64,000 nucleotides of DNA, from the IMG/VR virus record IMGVR_UViG_3300045988_168552. One strand, given 5' to 3'. The stretch comes from a virus. The notes beneath the pieces were generated by a model, which saw only the letters and a list, made by a program, of their open reading frames with translations, was not told the DNA's origin and searched no databases. The position numbers and the translations under genes are program-made. Shown piece by piece: positions 62,601-64,000 of the stretch (position 1 is the first letter of the stretch; each line of letters opens with the position of its first letter).

Positions 62601-64000
62601 GGCATCATTATATTAATCTGTCTTATACTGACAGTAATAATACGGCAACTTCTCCTAATATGTGGCAAACTCAGTTTGCTATAAAAGCTGGCTCTACTGA
62701 AGTTTATGTCCGTTCTAGAGCTGGAGGCAAGATAAGTAATGATGCAGCTTGGGCTGCTCCTTGGGTAAGACTTGCTAGAGTTACTGACAATGTAGCATCT
62801 GCATCAAAAGTTGCTAATGCTCTTTCTTGGAGCGGTTACAGTAGTGGTTCTTATAATGGTTCTGCTGCAAAGTCTATTAGTATTCCAAACAATACTAATC
62901 AGCTTACTAATGGAGCAGGGTTCATTACAGCTTCTGCTTCAATTACTGGTAATGCTGGAAGTGCTACTAAATTACAGAATGCTAGAACTATAAACGGAAC
63001 ATCGTTTAATGGTACTGCCAACATAGTAACTTCTTATTGGGGAACAACAAGAAAGCTTTGGGGCAATAGCGTGAATGGTAATGCTGATGTAAATGGCAGT
63101 ATAACTATTGCTAATACTGATGGTGTTTATGTGCAAATTGGTGATGTCAGATTAGTTTATGATAAAGCTAATACTGCCATTAAAGTAGTTAAGTCTGATG
63201 GTACAACCGCAGCTAACTTCTATGCTACTGGTGGCATTACCGCCTATGGTGAAGGTAGTGGTTCGTCAGGTGGTGGTGGGTTGAATGGTAGTGTGAAGAG
63301 CTATGCAGATGCCTTGAAACTTACTAGCGAATCCCTGTCTGAGATAGCTTCTGCCTACTCTATCAAGGCTCTTGATAGTCGTATCTCCAGCTTGGAAGGT
63401 GGTAGTGCTACTACCATCTCTGTCAGTGGCAGCGGTAATGCGGTTACGTCTATCACCAAGAATGGTACTACTATCAGTGTTGTCAAAGGCAGCACGTTCC
63501 TCACCAGCCACCAAAGTCTTGATGGTTATGTAAATAATATTACCACAAGTGGCACTGGTAATGCTATTACAAGTGTTACAAAGAGCGGTAAAACTGTTAC
63601 ATTTACTAAAGGTGCAACGTTCCTGACTAGTCATCAAAGTCTTAGTGCTTATTTGAAGTCTGCGGATGCAGCTAATACTTACCTTAAACTTAGCGGTGGT
63701 GCTATGACTGGTAATATTAGCTATAAAGGGTCTAAGAATACCTATGACATGATAAGGTTTGTGGACAACAATGTCGATATTTATGGCAATGGTATATGTA
63801 TCGGTGGTGGCGGACTTACTATTATTGGTGGAGGAGAATCAGCAAGTGAGGTGCTAAAACAACACACAAATGGTGGAGATGAAAATATGATTGTAGCTAA
63901 TGATGCTGCAATAGACTTCTTCTCTAATATGAATAGTGGATGGGATTCACGCAAAGCTGGTTCTTTTGATACATCTGGATATTGGAACGGAGTTGGATTT
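56603..64000 (+). CDS. tail fibre protein, 3'-truncated by window end
   Basis: Not in the ORF track because no stop is reached. I translated the frame (nt = 2 mod 3) from ATG 56603 through about 58.6 kb and spot-checked it in several stretches between about 60.6 and 64.0 kb without meeting a stop. No plus-strand track ORF occupies that frame. That gives more than 2460 aa. The sequence is Gly/Ser/Thr/Asn-rich with several internal repeat families. Confidence 0.8.
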   Translation, partial: MATEAKNTNYWISSSALYIQLNAMGEPDYIQCSVVSGASILCYMQGIPGLEYDAGHNYQRWPLAAYPSVFPDSERKYIYAAIPRTSTADNNTAVVVYPSERIDLYGYSIANPDKLVGDERFYYIYLQGIISEVKTDADGKTRKRNWLQHVDCGKLNTDESLSSGIDGSWWKYNSVTDSISFLKTILSATFDTQTAKVAKITKLFLGGSELNGVADDLSLETDNTKVVTPLYLGQFGVKHFLAKDKDDVAHGTITFEKVQKFLAGLNVGDFNSENGGSWTPDIEGRSHLITDYLEVRMKAIFEELVIKKTSTIGGKEILSPAGGVVAHKVEEVTVTYNNLSQKAYRCYFLAEQEDDAVDNDFAIGDQVRSESFNVRKGTYHKVGNHFYWRLVIGRDEEPVELEGKKYHYIDLSDTDCATASDVPAKGDVLSQCGNRTDVERQNCLIFSAVDTYSPSVSLYHGINSYSFANKEYVEYGVNKQTNKAFFNVYGDMYVGDRPTKENGYEGSSYIKYDSAAKQVSVKGKISAKSTVDGKELSQYIKENSAGGLTEEQVNNLIKNSQVIADLQNQVDGAIETWFYDGVPTLKNAPASSWTTDKDKDTHLGDLYYDNKTGKAYRFAKDGNTYKWTIITDTDIAKALSDASKAQETADGKMKVFSAQPIPPYQLGDIWVNATYPTDGSIYKNEILRCQTAKAKGSSFAIADWTKASKYTDDSALNTFKEEYKNDMASYKEQLDEKVETWFYNYAPTTQNKPASDWTTDTLKSQHAGDLFYNTSNGYTYRWTGTAWARIKDNDINTAMTAASKAQDTADGKRTVFTSQPTVPYDEGDLWASGGDDGKTLMVCVKSRVTGSFTSSEWVKANDSDLNAFAKTIEESLNGIRDQLDKKAETWYQATDPSTSWTTDDAKKEHKGDLWYNTSNNQTFFWNGTKWDKQDVPTEVFDKIDGKSSIYVSKPASYEERDLWILEAAYTLGGVAYSKGELVVATKTNASFSAADWTKKVKYTDDTVANAAKKAAEKAQKAAEKAQGDISKLGTTVTDNKKAFDNYVTDGYLEPSEIAAMAQDSKRLEDAFAAAEKSYTEVKGAEVLANTKELTDLKTAFATLTTAKTELVTYLSDISARYNKADTNGKATIVSAVGTKFTNFQGAYSAFYDKLGLANAYITRKIYGDLGVVIGDVTSLAYLKKALMDTPDTEINGGLILTSLIGLRDTGGNTTAGINGITEKSAKGGGIAAWFGGEMVDKDYNDGSKTPANTIFRFDGSGYVAGGAIWWGTDGRVHADPTSFIISEKNLGAYLTFFEPTWKSGSAGTSVADLVSLKPNAPFSKLGVSGDATFEGAITFHGISITYDATNKAIKIDGNLYATGGITAYGAGTSTSGGGGLNGSVKSYADALKLTSESLSEVASAYSIKALSRRIDNIATELGGLSLSWDNITGKPSTFAPSAHTHKWAEITDRITKVSQLTNDSGYTKNTGTVTSVSLTLPAGLTCATKTITTSGTFAISLASGYSIPTTTKQSSWDSAVSVKHSHSNKSVLDGISSAKVTHWDSAYDWYALMTTDEETADGIINKWNEVVSFLANIAQTDTLSGIVDGINKSISDEVTRAKKAEGVNASGISANKTSITTLQGYFTNGSAKKALQLTNARKLWGNSFNGTADINGSIILPSGKYISIGNIKLEYDAANKALKITNTTTEEVANLYTSGGVSAYGVGTSSSSGGGLNGSVKAYADAIRLTTENLSEIASAYSVAKLYSEIQNVASAVPSISVFVPTGGNALTGATYDASTGVITFAKGTFLTAHQSLDGYVNAIAVSGSGNAVTAVTKSGKTITFTKGATYLTSHQSLSNYYTKSSVDSLLNGKSATTHTHSVKINGITKTIAASGGDAVDLGTYLTTHQSLAAYATQNWVKNEATAHNADMVDNYHASGLFTGFSISDVANKVTISIGGTSKALNLVRAFPSGVGHNFNDIATHGNSMGMSNIAAPYASSTDNYQTLNGYVNPNGQTGWHHYINLSYTDSNNTATSPNMWQTQFAIKAGSTEVYVRSRAGGKISNDAAWAAPWVRLARVTDNVASASKVANALSWSGYSSGSYNGSAAKSISIPNNTNQLTNGAGFITASASITGNAGSATKLQNARTINGTSFNGTANIVTSYWGTTRKLWGNSVNGNADVNGSITIANTDGVYVQIGDVRLVYDKANTAIKVVKSDGTTAANFYATGGITAYGEGSGSSGGGGLNGSVKSYADALKLTSESLSEIASAYSIKALDSRISSLEGGSATTISVSGSGNAVTSITKNGTTISVVKGSTFLTSHQSLDGYVNNITTSGTGNAITSVTKSGKTVTFTKGATFLTSHQSLSAYLKSADAANTYLKLSGGAMTGNISYKGSKNTYDMIRFVDNNVDIYGNGICIGGGGLTIIGGGESASEVLKQHTNGGDENMIVANDAAIDFFSNMNSGWDSRKAGSFDTSGYWNGVGF

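Noticed and set aside
1-64000. Genome-wide stop-codon recoding (TAG to Gln or TGA to Trp), as reported for some gut phages.
   Set aside because: All long genes, including the 2031-aa tape measure and the tail fibre of more than 2460 aa, are intact under the standard code. TAG is used very frequently as a genuine stop in the early operon. Only one suspicious in-frame TGA was seen, and it is reported separately.
56603-64000. Diversity-generating retroelement targeting the tail fibre, given the near-identical repeats.
   Set aside because: No reverse transcriptase gene is visible in the window. The repeat differences I saw are not biased to adenine positions as a TR/VR pair would be. A DGR outside the window cannot be excluded.

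Overview
The window is one contiguous piece of a large tailed dsDNA phage or prophage genome, with no cellular housekeeping genes. The host is probably a Bacteroidota (Prevotella/Bacteroides-like) bacterium. Support for that: eight or nine intergenic TAnnTTTG -7 promoter boxes, A-rich leaders without Shine-Dalgarno sequences, and a GC-rich REP-like element that looks host-derived. Layout: 1-13.7 kb holds about 28 small plus-strand early genes, including YopX, ASCH, radical SAM, a PD-(D/E)XK nuclease and GNAT. 14.0-18.4 kb is a minus-strand operon with the large terminase and a DPPY DNA methyltransferase. From 18.7 kb to the window end all genes are on the plus strand. These are a holin-like gene, a 2031-aa tape measure, an iteron-rich origin-like gap, a primase-like gene, a dNMP kinase and a ThyX-like gene. 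They continue with an S49 protease-scaffold, the major capsid, a LysR-led accessory cassette, a GH108 endolysin, an SSB-like gene and a C5-methyltransferase locus. The last part holds a portal candidate, tail or baseplate genes with an embedded KAS-ACP pair, and a tail fibre of more than 2460 aa that runs off the window end and is missing from the ORF track. The items most worth a second look are these: (1) a circularly permuted C5-MTase core flanked by nine stand-alone TRD-like mini-ORFs joined by a conserved TATGAATAA stop/start junction; (2) a ketoacyl synthase plus acyl carrier protein inside the tail operon; (3) an eight-copy hairpin element upstream of late genes; (4) a LysR-led cassette of Cys-rich proteins containing an in-frame TGA; (5) two sets of long-range inverted repeats and an origin-like iteron field. 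All functional calls come from by-eye motif recognition. No searches were run.
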